A stretch of DNA of 64,000 nt. It comes from Ranitomeya imitator (taxonomy: Eukaryota). The notes under the pieces are model-generated. The model worked only from the letters and a program-made list of their open reading frames with translations, did no database searches and was not told where the DNA came from. The position numbers and the translations under genes are program-made. This document shows, piece after piece, positions 39,721-52,223 of the stretch (positions are counted from its first letter, which is position 1; every line of letters begins with the position of its first letter). Where the stretch lies: positions 10,354,001-10,418,000 of the forward strand of contig NC_091289.1 of NCBI RefSeq assembly GCF_032444005.1, written 5' to 3'.

Positions 39721-40525
39721 TGTTATGACCTGGTGGTCAGGACAATAATGGACCTAGTGGTTAAGAGCACACGGAATGACCTGATAGTTACTGATAATAA
39801 GGACGAGCTCTGGGACGTGGGAACTCTGCTGACCGCAATCCCTAATCCTATCAAACACACTAGAAATAGCCGTGGATTGCGCCTAACGCTCCCTATGCAA
39901 CTCGTCACAGCCTAAGGAACTAGCTAGCCCTGAGGATAGAAAAATAAAGCCTACCTTGCCTCAGAGAAATTCCCCAAAGGAAAAGGCAGCCCCCCACATA
40001 TAATGACTGTGAGTAAAGATGAAAATACAAACACAGAGATGAAATAGATTTAGCAAAGTGAGACCTGACTTACTGAACAGACCGAGGATAGGAAAGGTTA
40101 CTTTGCGGTCAACACAAAAACCTACAAAAAGACCACGCAGAGGGCGCAAAAAGACCCTCCGCACCGACTCGCGGTGCGGAGGCGCTCCCTCTGCGTCCCA
40201 GAGCTTCCAGCAAGCAAGACACAATAAAAATAGCAAGCTGGACAGAAAAATAGCAAACCAAAGAAATACAAGCTGGAACTTAGCTTCTGCTAGGAAGACA
40301 GGTCACAAGAACGATCCAGGAGTGAACTAGACCAATACTGGAACATTGACAGGTGGCATGGAGCAAAGATCTAAGTGGAGTTAAATAGAGCAGCCAGCTA
40401 ACGAATTAACCTCGTCACCTGAGGAAGGAAACTCAGAAACACCCACCAGAGGAAGTCCATGGACAGAACCAGCCGAAGTACCATTCATGACCACAGGAGG
40501 GAGCCCGACAACAGAATTCACAACA
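39721..40525. mobile_element. Solo LTR (805 bp) inserted in the 57-bp array
   Basis: TGTT...AACA termini, GAGCTC duplicated on both sides, no coding remnant. Confidence 0.85.
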
Positions 40526-41315
40526 GAGCTCCCTGTATACAGAGATACATGATAAGATCCTGTCTGCAGCCACCACTAGGGGATCTCCCTGTATACAAAG
40601 ATACATGATAAGATCCTGTCTGCAGTCACCACTAGGGGAATCTCCCTGTATACAGAGATACATGATAAGGTTCTGTCTGCAGTCACCACTAGGGGGAGCT
40701 CCCTGTACACAGAGATACATGATAAGATCCTGTCTGCAGCCACCACTAGGGGGAGCTCACTGTATACAGAGATACATGATAAGATCCTGTCTGCAGTCAC
40801 CACTAGGGGAGCTCCCTGTATACAGAGATACATGATAAGATCCTGTCTGCAGTCACCACTAGGGGGAGCTCCCTGTATACAGAGATACATGATAAGATCC
40901 TGTCTGCAGTCACCACTAGGGGAGCTCCCTGTATACAGAGATACATGATAAGATCCTGTCTGCAGTCACCACTAGGGGGAGCTCCCTGTATACAGAGATA
41001 CATGATAAGATCCTGTCTGCAGTCACCACTAGGGGGAGCTCCCTGTATACAGAGATACATGATAAGATCTTGTCTGCATCCACCACTAGGGGGAGCTCCC
41101 TGTATACAGAGATACATGATAAGGTTCTGTCTGCAGCCACCACTAGGGGGAGCTCCCTGTATACAGAGATACATGGTAAGGTTCTGTCTGCAGCCACCAC
41201 TAGGGGGAGCTCCATATATACAGAGATACATGATAAGGTTCTGTCTGCAGTCACCACTAGGGGGAGCTCCATATATACAGAGATACATGATAAGATCCTG
41301 TCTGCAGTCACCACT
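40526..41315. repeat. 57-bp minisatellite continuation (~14 units)
   Basis: Array resumes in register after the LTR. Confidence 0.95.
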
Positions 41316-41475
41316 CTTGGAGACCCCATGCGGATATCACTGCAATTATTATTAGAATTTTGTAAATTTACTCTACTATGACAACAGCGCAAAATCAATC
41401 AGTTTTTATATTTGAGTCATTATAGAGGGACATATATATTTATCAAATACCCATTATTTCTTGATTGTATCAGTA

Positions 41476-44008
41476 CAGGTGCTTTTCACAAAATTAGAAT
41501 ATCATCAAAAAGTTAATTTATTTCAGTTCTTCAATACAAAAAGTGAAACTCATATAGAGTCATTACACACAGAGTGATCTATTTCACGTGTTTATTTCTG
41601 TTAATGTTGATGATTATGGCTTACAGCCAATGAAAACCCAAAAGTCATTATCTCAGTAAATTAGAATACTTTATAACACCAGCTTGAAAAAAAAAAAAAG
41701 ATTTTAAAATCCAAAATGTTGTCCTACTGAAATGTATGTTCAGTAAATGCTCTCAACACTTGATCGGGCTCCTTTTCCATCAATTACTGCATCAATGCGG
41801 TGTGGCATGGAGGCGATCAGCCTGTGGCACTGCTGAGGGGTTATGGAAGCCCAGGTTGCTTTGATAGCAGCCTTTAGCTCATCTGCATTGTTGGGTCTGG
41901 TGTCTCATCTTCCTCTTGACAATACTCCATAGATTCTCTATGGGGTTAAGGTCAGGAGAGTTTACTGCCAATAAAGCACAGTGATACTGTTGTTCTTATG
42001 CGGCACCTCGTAAGGGCAGTGGGGTACTCGGATCCGGGCCCTTCTGTTCTCAATGGGGATGTCACGGTGGCGGACCCGGTCCGTGGCCCTCGGGAGGCCC
42101 GTTGATGTAGTGGGGGAAAGGTCTTTAAAGGGATAATGTTCGTGACGCCACCTGTGGTATTCGGTCAGGGTGACCGACGCTGCTTAGGGGTCCGCTGGAG
42201 TGATGTTATGGCAGCTGGATGGTATACCTTCCCACAGGTGAAGTATATCCCCAGGGCTTCCCAGAGTGTAGCTGGTGGATGGTGGATGATGTAAAGCGCA
42301 GTGAATAACGAGGACACAAGGTTGCAGTCTCTTTACCTTTACTGAAGGCTTCATCATCCACAGTCCAGGGAAGGGACCACAGGGCAGGCAGAGTCCGGCC
42401 GGTCTGAATGCAAATCCAGAGTCCCCTTATCCAGGTGGAATTCAGTAGCCTTCCTCTAGCGCCTGGGCGTTGTAGTACCTCTCTGCTGAGCAACTCGGTA
42501 AGGTCCTCACAACTATTGTAGATGTTAAGTCTCTTCTCTCTGTCCCCCTGATGGATAGGACAAACCCGTATGACTGGTGGCCTGAGGCTTTTTATAGGGA
42601 CCCTAGAGACGCCGCGGCCCCCACAAGTTGCTACCCTGCCTCCTGGGTATATGGTCGGCAGCCAATGTGGAATCAACTGTACTGCCAGTCTCTGAAGTAA
42701 CGGCATAGAGCTCTTTACTCCCTCGGTGTTCTGGCTACCGGCTTCTGCGCCTCAGAAGGAGGCAGCCTGCCTCTAGTTGGTCTCCCACTGATGTTCCTCT
42801 TCTGTTGCTATGACTTCATTGCTCACTCACTGCAACACAATTCCTTTCAATGTCTCTTTCTTGGGATGCTGCCGCATGGGATGCAGGCGCAGCTCCGTGT
42901 ACCTCCCTCTTCCACAGGCCGCAGTCTGGAGCTGGCTGGAACCCACTCCAACTATCTGCTGCCAAACTCGGTCAGGACTCACTGACTATCTCCTACTCCC
43001 TCCAGTCAGCTTCTGTCTAACTTCCTAACCAACCCACCAGTTTTACGTAAGTGTGAGGAGTGCCCTAATAGATAGAAGCATGGCTCCCCCTGGCGGACTG
43101 GAGTGTGAAGTGTGTTTGGTGGTTGTGATACCTGGACAGAAGATCTCCTTCATTGCCTTCAGATGTAACATCACTCCCCCTGGTGGAAGAACAACATTAC
43201 TGCAACGACCAGGACTCTGGGGCGCTGCACTTACACCAGGTATTGGTAATTTTGGCAGTTTGGAGAGGGGCAAAGTCCTGCTGGAGAATTACATTTTCAT
43301 CTCCAAAAAGCATGCTTCCCTCTGCCGACAAGAAGTGCTCTACAATGTCCTGGTAGACGGCTGCGCTGACTTTTGACTCTTGATAAGACACAGTGGACCT
43401 ACACCAGCAGATGACATGGCCCCCAAACCATCACTGATGGTGGAGACTTCACACTAGACCTCCAGCAGCTTGGATTGTGGCCTCCACTCTTCCTCCAGAC
43501 TCTGGGACCTTGATTTCCAAATGAAATGCAAAATTTACTTTCATCTGACAACAACACCTTGGACCACTGACAACAGTCCGGTTCTTTTTCTCCTTGGCCC
43601 AGGTAAGACGCTTCTGGCGTTGTCTATTGGTCATGAGTGGCCGGACACAAGGAATGCGACACTTGTAGCCCATGTCCTGGAGACGTCTGTGTGTGCCACA
43701 TTGATGCAAAAGGAGCCCGACCAAGTATTGAGTGCATTTACTGAACATACATTTCAGTAGGACAACGTTTCGAATTTTAAAATCATTTTCAAGCTGGTGT
43801 TATAAATTATTCTAATTTACTGAGATAATGACTTTTGGGTTTTCATTGGCTGTAAGCCATAATCATCAACATTAACAGAAATAAACACGTGAAATAGATC
43901 ACTCTGTGTGTAATTGACTCTATATAATATAGGAGTTTTACTTTTTGTATTGAAGAACTGAAATAAATTCACTTTTTGATGATATTCTAATTTTGTGAGA
44001 AGCTCCTG
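41476..44008 (-). mobile_element. Internally deleted Tc1-like element with nested LTR
   Basis: TA TSD; ~310-bp inverted ends caggtgcttttcacaaaattagaatatc; fragments MGYKCRIPCVRPLMTNRQRQKRLTWAKEK and LQQDFAP. Confidence 0.9.
41999..43229. mobile_element. Solo LTR (1231 bp, Gypsy-like by TSD length) nested in Tc1
   Basis: TG...CA ends, imperfect terminal IR (tgcggcacc / ggggcgctgca), 4-bp TSD CTTA at 41995-41998 and 43230-43233. Confidence 0.85.
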
Positions 44009-44689
44009 TATTTACAGACAGATTGAGGCTACAGGGATTGACAGTCGGGGTGGACTTATGTCCTACACAGACTAGGTCGGTTATTTTGGAATATGGCCAT
44101 ATTTATGCGCCTGTTTAAATGTTTGTAATTATCGTTTGTGACTTGTTATATCATTAATAATACAAACTCTTTTAAGGCGATCACTATTATATACATACCT
44201 CTTTTTTCTTTCACCTATATTTTGACATTGCAGCCATGGCGCCGGTATGGGAGGGAAGTGTCTGTTATTTTTTGTTTACATTGGGGAATATCACGCACGG
44301 GTTGTACGAGTGATTAACAGATCAGCTCCCTCTTGTGGTGACTGTAGGCAGCAACAGTTTTGTAGATTGGGGCTCTGACTATTATAAAGATACTTTAGGA
44401 AATTCCTCAGGGCAGAAAATGAATGATCCTGAAATGTATTTCTAAATCAAAATGATTCTTTTGCCCCTCCGTCCTCCCTGGAAACTGTGGAGGAAAAACT
44501 GATCTCATCACCAATGCACGAGATTTGGCCGCTGTTCTAGATGAAACAAAGCAGAATAATCTCATGAATGAAGTCAGACAAGTGAGCGCCTCGTACACCA
44601 GTAATGAATATGTCTGCCTGACGGATCCAGCAATGTAGAGTATGGGGGTAACAAACTGTGCAAGGAAAAGACACTGCCTTGTACCCCAT

Positions 44690-45550
44690 ACGTCATGTTC
44701 CTGTACACCCGCGAGTCAGTGTCATCATCCTGTACCCCGAGTATCAGTGTCATTATCCTGTACCCCGAGTGTCAGCGTCATTATCCTGTACCCCGAGTGT
44801 CAGTGTCATTATCCTGTACCCCGAGTGTCAGTGTCATTATCCTGTACCCGCGAGTCAGTGTCATCATCCTGTACCCCGAGTATCAGCGTCATTATCCTGT
44901 ACCCCGAGTGTCAGCATCATTATCCTGTACCCCGAGTGTCAGCATCATTATCCTGTACCCCGAGTGTCAGTGTCATTATCCTGTACCCCGAGTGTCAGCG
45001 TCATTATCCCGTACCCCAAGTGTCAGCGTCATTATCCCGTACCCCGAGTGTCAGTGTCATTATCCTGTACCCCGAGTGTCAGCGTCATTATCCTGTACCC
45101 CAAGTGTCAGCGTCATTATCCTGTACCCCCAGTGTCAGTGTCATTATCCTGTACCCCCAGTGTCAGTGTCATTATCCTGCACCCTGAGTGTCAGTGTCAT
45201 TATCGTGAACCCCAAGTTTCAGTGTCATTATCCTGTACCCCGAGTGTCAGCGTCATTATCGTGAACCCCGAGTGTCAGCGTCATTATCGTGAACCCCAAG
45301 TTTCAGTGTCATTATCCTGTATCCCGAGTGTCAGTGTCATTATCCTGTACCCCCAGTGTCAGTGTCATTATCCTGTACCCCAAGTTTCAGTGTCATTATC
45401 GTGAACCCCAAGTTTCAGTGTCATTATCCTGTACCCCCAGTGTCAGTGTCATTATCCTGTACCCCAAGTTTCAGTGTCATTATCCTGTACCCCGAGTGTC
45501 AGCGTCATTATCGTGAACCCCGAGTGTCAGCGTCATTATCGTGAACCCCT
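44690..45550. repeat. 28-bp minisatellite (~30 units) ending ~95 nt from the exon-2 donor
   Basis: Unit agtgtcagtgtcattatcctgtaccccg. Confidence 0.95.
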
Positions 45551-45645
45551 AGGCAGTGATCTCTGGTCGACAACATTATAAAATGTGACATGATAAATTC
45601 TTCTGGTTGTTTTTGGTGCATTCTCACATTGGGGCCATCGCTCAC

Positions 45646-46178
45646 CTCTCCTCTTGTGCAGGGCCAGGCGTCTGAGTACCGTGAAGTGCACAATGACCCC
45701 TCCTCATTCAGGTCATCCTGGAGGCTGAAAGTCGCCGTACAGTTAATAGCAAAATACTTGTAAGGTCTCCAAGTTTTTCCATAGTCAAACGATCTCTCCA
45801 GAACCATCGCTGCGGGCCGTGGGGACCTGAAGACCATGATGACGTGCGTCAAATAAAACTCAGTCTCAAAGTCCAACCTGATCTCCTCCTTGAGGACACC
45901 CTGTGCCGACTGCCACCAGGTGCCCGGACTGGAGAAGACGTCGTCTGTCATGTGAGAGGGAAGGTGCGAGTTCTCCGGCTGGTTGATGCTACATTTCGTG
46001 CACTGGCTTTCGCTGCAGGAGATGGCTGTCCGCTGGTACCGAACCTCAGGGTAGGAGCAGTACAGTTCACTGACATTCTGGCCGCAGGTGGTGAGGGTGA
46101 CCGGAGTCCGGCCGATAGCAAGGTTCCCAACCGGGGGGTTGCACGAATGTCCATCACACCGGAGATGGTGGAACTTGG
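45646..46178 (-). CDS. Netrin-4-like exon 2 (laminin N-terminal LN domain)
   Basis: 533 nt, RCDGHSCNPPVGNLAIGR...TTCGQNVSELYC...TWWQSAQG...FRSPRPAAMVLERSFDYGKTWRPYKYFA...PCTRGE; ctctag acceptor, GAG|gtgag donor. Confidence 0.96.
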
Positions 46179-49100
46179 CTAGAGAGAAAAGAAAGACAGT
46201 GAGGCTTGCAGGTTTCCTCGAATTTTGTTCCTATTTCTCCCTATTTCCAGTTCTCTGCTTGCCTAAATAGGGGATGGCTGGGGCCCCGACATTAGGGCTT
46301 CAAAAGCCACAGCGTTTCGGAGAAAGACATGCAGGACTTGACTGTATCGTGCTGCCAGGCTCGGATTCTTGATGCTCTTGGCTCAGGCAGCATGAATTTA
46401 GGGTCCATTCAAGTTTGCTACAACGTATCAGTCTGAAGACCATCCTGATTCTATCAGTGGGACATGTAGGCTGGAAACAAGTGTGATAAAACCCGAAAAG
46501 TGTGAAGTATTTGGACCATAAAGATTTTGGAAATATTCCACAGGTTCCCACCTTAAGAAATAATTTTTCTGGCATCAAAAGTTACCAGAACTTGACACAA
46601 TGGGTGCTAATTTTTGCACCATGTTTTACACTTATTTTAAAAATATGGATGGGAATTAGCAGTAAGGTCCATCTTCAACCACAAGCCACAAATTTACGCT
46701 GATCTACACCAGAAAACCGGTGGATAGCATGGCTGCAGTTTACACTAGCTCAAAGCAGGTGCAGATTTCATTATCTGGAATCTACTCCCAAAATGTATGA
46801 AGAGGCGCCCAGCTAAGAATACATTAGGCACATCCTACCTTACCGGAATTCTTTTGAGACTGACAAGGAAAACCTACACTTGGTAAATTGATCATTTCAC
46901 CACTGCCGCTTTGGTGATATCTGCCGGAAGTGATGACATTCCAGACTTTTCAAGTTTTTAATTTCACAATGATAAAGGGGATGTATTACAGCAGAAAGGA
47001 CCACGCAACGGACTGTGGTGATATAGGGCGATGTACTCTCCTTTGAGCACAGAGCTTGTAATTATTTTCATTGAGTTTGGCCACAATCAGGGTCGTCCTC
47101 CCACCTGGCACACAGACATGGAAGCGACCTCAGTTACCAGCACAGATCTTCAATAATTCATAAACTGCTGATGCCTGGGGAAGCGGCCTTATCTCTTTGG
47201 GAGCTGCTGTTGCATAACTGATTCCCTGATTGCAGCCGCTGACCCGGATCCATTCTCCAATAATCGGCCGGCATCCTGTCTCATAAGCCACAGAGCCCGC
47301 TGCTGCATTAACCACATCGTACCCAACTGTTGGCATCACAGCAAATAACTGTGGGAAAGTTACATAATAAAGAGTGTGGACTATGGATGCAAAATAATAA
47401 TCGACTACACTGCAAGACTGCACATTGCAGCAAATGCGGCCCTCCCAAACTTATTTTGGCCCCTAGATTAAAAATAGCCAGAATGTTTTATTAGATGACG
47501 TTACGCAGTATTTCCTACAGGCAGAGAGGAACGAGACCATTTGCAGCCACAGCCATATTCCGTTGCCACCGACCAGGAGCCCTGCAAATCACATCATCCC
47601 CAGCGCCTGTTCTGATTACTAGGCCCAGTGTGACATCACGCATGCGTCACCCCGCAATAATAATGCTACAGGTGGTCTATGAATACGAGGCACCAGCCAT
47701 TCCGTCAGGAAGGAGGAGGAGGTTCGTAGGGCTCCGGTCCATTGGGCAAGGACTATTAACATGGCCGCTGCCCCGGGGAATGGATTCACTATTCCCTACT
47801 CACAGGCTGATGCACCGGTGGACATAGACAGAAAAGGGCCCCATGCAAAAGCAACATTTGGACCCCTTGAGGTCCCATAGCTCATCATTTCCACACGTTT
47901 TCTAGGTGATAGCGGCCCCATTACCTCTTGGGCCCTGGGCACTAGCACAGATTGCACCAATTATATGTCCGCCCCACGGCTGATGTCAAATTAAAAAAAA
48001 ATGTTGATGAGTACAACAGAACTTCAATGTTTCCCTACACAAAGAAAGTCACTAGTGTCTATGGCAATGATACCTGTCAGCAGCCTACTTATTGATGGTT
48101 TCCGGCTGACTGAATTTTCCTACACATAAAAGAACAACTGAAAAAGCAAAAGAGTAAAAACAAAAGAAAAGATTTATGTTACTTATCACATAATGATACA
48201 TTCTTCTCCTGTTACATTTCATTTGAAGGCCTCTGATCGCTGTCAGTGAAGTGAAAGCTTATTGTGTATGTCCAAAACCGGTATGGACCCAGTACATCTC
48301 ACAGCTGATGGTTTGTTACAAATGTATCTAGTCTAGACAATCCTCCAGACTGAAGCATGATACATTGTAACGGAGGCCAAGTGCTGACACACAGAGCAGA
48401 CCTCCTAACTTCTGGCTCCGCATCGGACTGAAATCACGGAATCCAGGACTGCGGTCAGTCACGTCAGGATGTCCTGTCCCTACACAAGCATCCAATCTAC
48501 GGCCACCATGGGTGATCTTACATGAATATGATAGAAGGGTTGTAAACTGGTTTTCAGGATCCTTATTAGGTGATTGTAAGTATCTAGTGGTCCCTCATTG
48601 GGAGAGGAGAGCGGTGGCACAGAGCCGCTCTGGGGAGAACTCGCCACTTACACACATTACAAAGCCTAAACACTTCAATACAAAATGTAGAATGCTCCAT
48701 GTGTCCTGCGGGGGCGCTGCAGGGAAACACCTGATGCCACATGCTCCTCCAGCCAACCTTTATAACAGGCTGTATGTTGGCATGGAAGCAGAAAACAAAG
48801 CACTTTTGCCAAATATCCTGCAGTGGGGACAGATACACAGTGTGGCACTATCGTTATGTGATTGTACAATCTGTCTGATCTTCATAGACAGTGCACATAC
48901 ATGCAAACTATTGTTCCCTGTTATCAGCCATTAATTATTTTGACATACAGGATGCTCCATGATGACTACTTTATTTTGCTGATCTCCACCAGTACCGAGG
49001 CATTTACATCTATAGGTTTGACTGATTTTAGTCCCTTGTCTTTTTTAACCTCCTGAGCAGGAGTGGACACAGAGAAGGGCCCCTGTGAAAGAACAGTATA

Positions 49101-49504
49101 TGGGCCCTTTCCAGTCCAGTAACTCATAATGCAGAATTCCACCGGCTCTGGGAGTGAAACTGAGCCCCCTCATCTCTTGGGGCCCAGTGTGGCCGCACAG
49201 GTTGCATCAATGGTATGTCCACTTGGGTGCTATTATAAAATAGCTGTAGTGGGCCTTTAAAATGGTTTAAACACAAAAAATAAATAATTAACAAAATGTA
49301 ATTGCCATTGATTGCAGTTACATTACGTTAATCAATCCCTGATATGAGCAGAGCCAGAAATATTGGAAACAATCCATCATCATCCAAGCTCTCAATGTTC
49401 CGTCCAAACATGTGCGAACTGGAAATGCCAATTCCCTATAATCAGTAATCTTTTGCTGAAAACGGCATACAGCTCTGAATTATAAGATAAATTACTTATC
49501 ATGT

Positions 49505-50798
49505 ACTGATCCTGAGTGACATCCTGTATTATACCCCAGAGCTGCACTCACTATTCTGCTGGTGCAGTCACTGTGTACATACATTACATTACTGATCCTG
49601 AGTTACATCCTGTATTATCCTCCAGAGCTGCACTCACTATTCTGCTGGTGCAGTCACTGTGTACATACATTACTGATCCTGAGTTACATCCTGTATTATA
49701 CCCCAGAGCTGCCCTCACTATTCTGCTGGTGCAGTCACTGTGTACATACATTACTGATCCTGAGTTACATCCTGTATTATACCCCAGAGCTGCACTCACT
49801 ATTCTGCTGGTGCAGTCACTGTGTACATACATTACATTACTGATCCTGAGTTACATCCTGTATTATACCCCAGAGCTGCACTCACTATTCTGCTGGTGTA
49901 ATCAATGTGTACATACATTACATTACTGATCCTGAGTTACATCCTGTATAATACTCCAGAGCTGCACTCACTATTCTGCTGGTGCAGTCACTGTGTACAT
50001 ACATTACCAATCAAAGAAGAAAACAGAGAAGGCAGCACTCACCGATCCATCACGAGAGGTAACTTCCACGGGTCAGGAGGGCGCGAAACGGCCGTTGTCA
50101 GGCTTGCCGCACTTCATGTTTTTGTACCCCCGGCTGTGATGTCTTTTACTCAATAAAAGTTACCTCTCGTGATGGATCGGTGAGTGCTGCCTTCTCTGTT
50201 TTCTTCTTTGATTGGACTTGGATTTGTTTCGTGGCTGGAGCACCTAAGATCCGGTGGTCAAGACTCCCATCACAGGTGAGCAGGCGCACGTTGTTTCCTT
50301 TGAGCGGTAGTGCTGTCAGCTTTTTTTCTTCAAGATTGAGTGTACATACATTACATTACTGATCCTGAGTTACATCCTGTATTATACTCCAGAGCTGCAC
50401 TCACTATTCTGCTGGTGCAGTCACTGTATACATACATTACATTACTGATCCTGAGTTACATCCTGTATTATACTCCAGAGCTGCACTCACTATTCTGCTG
50501 GTGCAGTCACTGTGTACATACATTACATTACTGATCCTGAGTTACCTCCTGTATTATACCCCAGAGCTGCACTCACTATTCTGCTGGTGCAGTCACTGTG
50601 TACATACATTACATTACAGATCCTGAGTTACATCCTGTATTATACCCCAGAGCTGCACTCACTATTCTGCTGGTGCAGTCACGGTGTACGTACATTACAT
50701 TACTGATCCTGAGTTACATCCTGTATTATACTCCAGAGCTGCACTCACTATTCTGCTGGAGGAGTCATGAGTACATACATTACATTCCTGATCCTGAG
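49505..50798 (+). repeat. Second 86-bp satellite block (~11 units) in netrin-4-like intron 1, interrupted at 50008-50339
   Basis: Same monomer as 1-9380. Confidence 0.95.
50008..50339. mobile_element. Probable Penelope-like terminal-repeat fragment with 5' inversion
   Basis: 15-bp TSD gtgtacatacattac; perfect 59-bp inverted arms (50007-50065 / 50157-50215); GAAACGGCCGTTGTC; AATAAA at 50152. Confidence 0.6.
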
Positions 50799-51512
50799 AC
50801 TTTAAGCTTTCACAGATTCCAGAATGATAGATTTACTTGGCAATGAGGAAAGAGTGGTGAGTGTGACAGCCCTTTATTCTTGGGGGGTGTCCCAGGTATT
50901 TTTTGGGCTGATGCCTCTTCATCATCATTACTCAGGAGGATGCAGCTGATCTGCAGTGAGACAACACCACACAGTCCACCATCTGATACATTATGGATAC
51001 ACAGAGTATCTGGGGGCTGTGAGATCTGAGCTGTGGAAAGTTCTATATTATTCCGATTATGTGTCACATTTTCTTGGCTCTTAGAACCAACTGACATCAG
51101 AGAGCAAAAGAAAATCTTGAACGAGAGGAAACTACTGAAGAAGCTGGAATATAAATATACTGACAGTTTCCAACCTGTCAATCACAGAGGCGGCTATAAA
51201 AAGCAGTCAGTGAGCTGAAACAAACACATTACTGTTTCTTTGCCCAAGAGGTTCTGCAGCAGCTGGATCTTTTTTTTTTTAAATACTTTAGGGAGACCTG
51301 ACTATTGACCCCATTACCACCAGTCTATGAATGTAACCATCCCCTATCTACATGCAACAACCCACAACACTCCAAGATGGTAGAAGAAATAAAGTGACAT
51401 CTCCTCTATAATCACAGATCATCTAATGGACTACAACTCCCAGCTGCACTCAGTGTACGGTGAGCGTTGGATCCCCAGCCCCCACACACCTGCCTGTGCC
51501 CACCATCCTTAC

Positions 51513-51573
51513 CTGGGTCTGTGTGCACTGAGACAATCCATTCCAGGAACACAATGATGGTGATTCCCTGCAT
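51513..51573 (-). CDS. Netrin-4-like exon 1 (putative signal peptide MQGITIIVFLEWIVSVHTDP)
   Basis: atcATG context, hydrophobic stretch, CCAG|gtaagg phase-1 donor matching exon 2; the ten exons total 1902 nt = 633 aa. Confidence 0.75.
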
Positions 51574-52046
51574 GATGGGGGTGATGATCTGATGAGAAAG
51601 GCTGCTCAGCTCCCCTCAGCCCTGCACAGCCTGCCCCAGTGCCCCTCAGTCTCTGCTGCTCAGGCTGGCAGTCAGGGGGCTTCTCATCTTTGGGGTCACC
51701 TCCCTGCCCCTCTTATACAGTGGCTGATTCTATCTCCTATCTCCACATGTCAGTGTAACGACTCTGCAGCTCTGATGTCAGCAGGCACTCCACCCCCTTA
51801 TATCAGACTCCTTTTTCAGATAGTTCGTCCCAGCAGCAATAATTGGACATATAATCCATATATTGCACGATCTGCTTATAAGTGGAGGTGACTGCGATCC
51901 TGGTGCTATTCCTCCCCTGATCTTGACCTGAGACTCCCGGGAGATGCTCTGCTCCTCGGCTCCTTCCTCCTTGAGATGCTGACTCCTCTCTCACTTGGAG
52001 GCGGCCGGGCTGTCAGTTTCATGACTGTCTCCGAGGCTGCTGTCAC

Positions 52047-52146
52047 TTTAAATTAAATGCCCAACACGTGGGCAGTGACTCCGCCCACTCGCTTCATGGA
52101 TTGTAACTGTGCAGTGCCCTCTGCTGGACGTATGCATGTACTGCAG
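52047..52146 (-). promoter_or_regulatory. Putative netrin-4-like promoter plus composite CTCF site
   Basis: AT-rich TATA-like 52047-52057, CACGTG 52065-52070, GC box 52079-52088, CCAGCAGAGGGCAC 52114-52127, CTGCAGTAC 52138-52146. Confidence 0.5.
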
Positions 52147-52223
52147 GCACCTGCCATTCACCTTCATGTCCCATTGTAACATCTTCACTTGCTGTCAGTG
52201 AATAGAAACATTCTTGTGTGTGT

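Noticed and set aside
38450-41315. TGCAG just upstream of the satellite CTCF-like core as a ZF9-11 module
   Set aside because: Spacing is about 11 bp centre-to-centre, not the ~20-21 bp expected
44642-45544. Cys/Pro-rich ORFs (YPECQCHYPVP)
   Set aside because: Translations of the 28-bp minisatellite, shifting frame every unit
47130-47423. 97-aa minus-strand ORF in netrin intron 1
   Set aside because: No recognisable domain; exon 1 and exon 2 already join in phase, so no extra exon is needed
49505-50798. CRISPR-like reading of repeats with a unique insert
   Set aside because: Repeats are head-to-tail with no spacers, there are no cas genes, the context is intron-containing vertebrate genes, and the insert has a TSD
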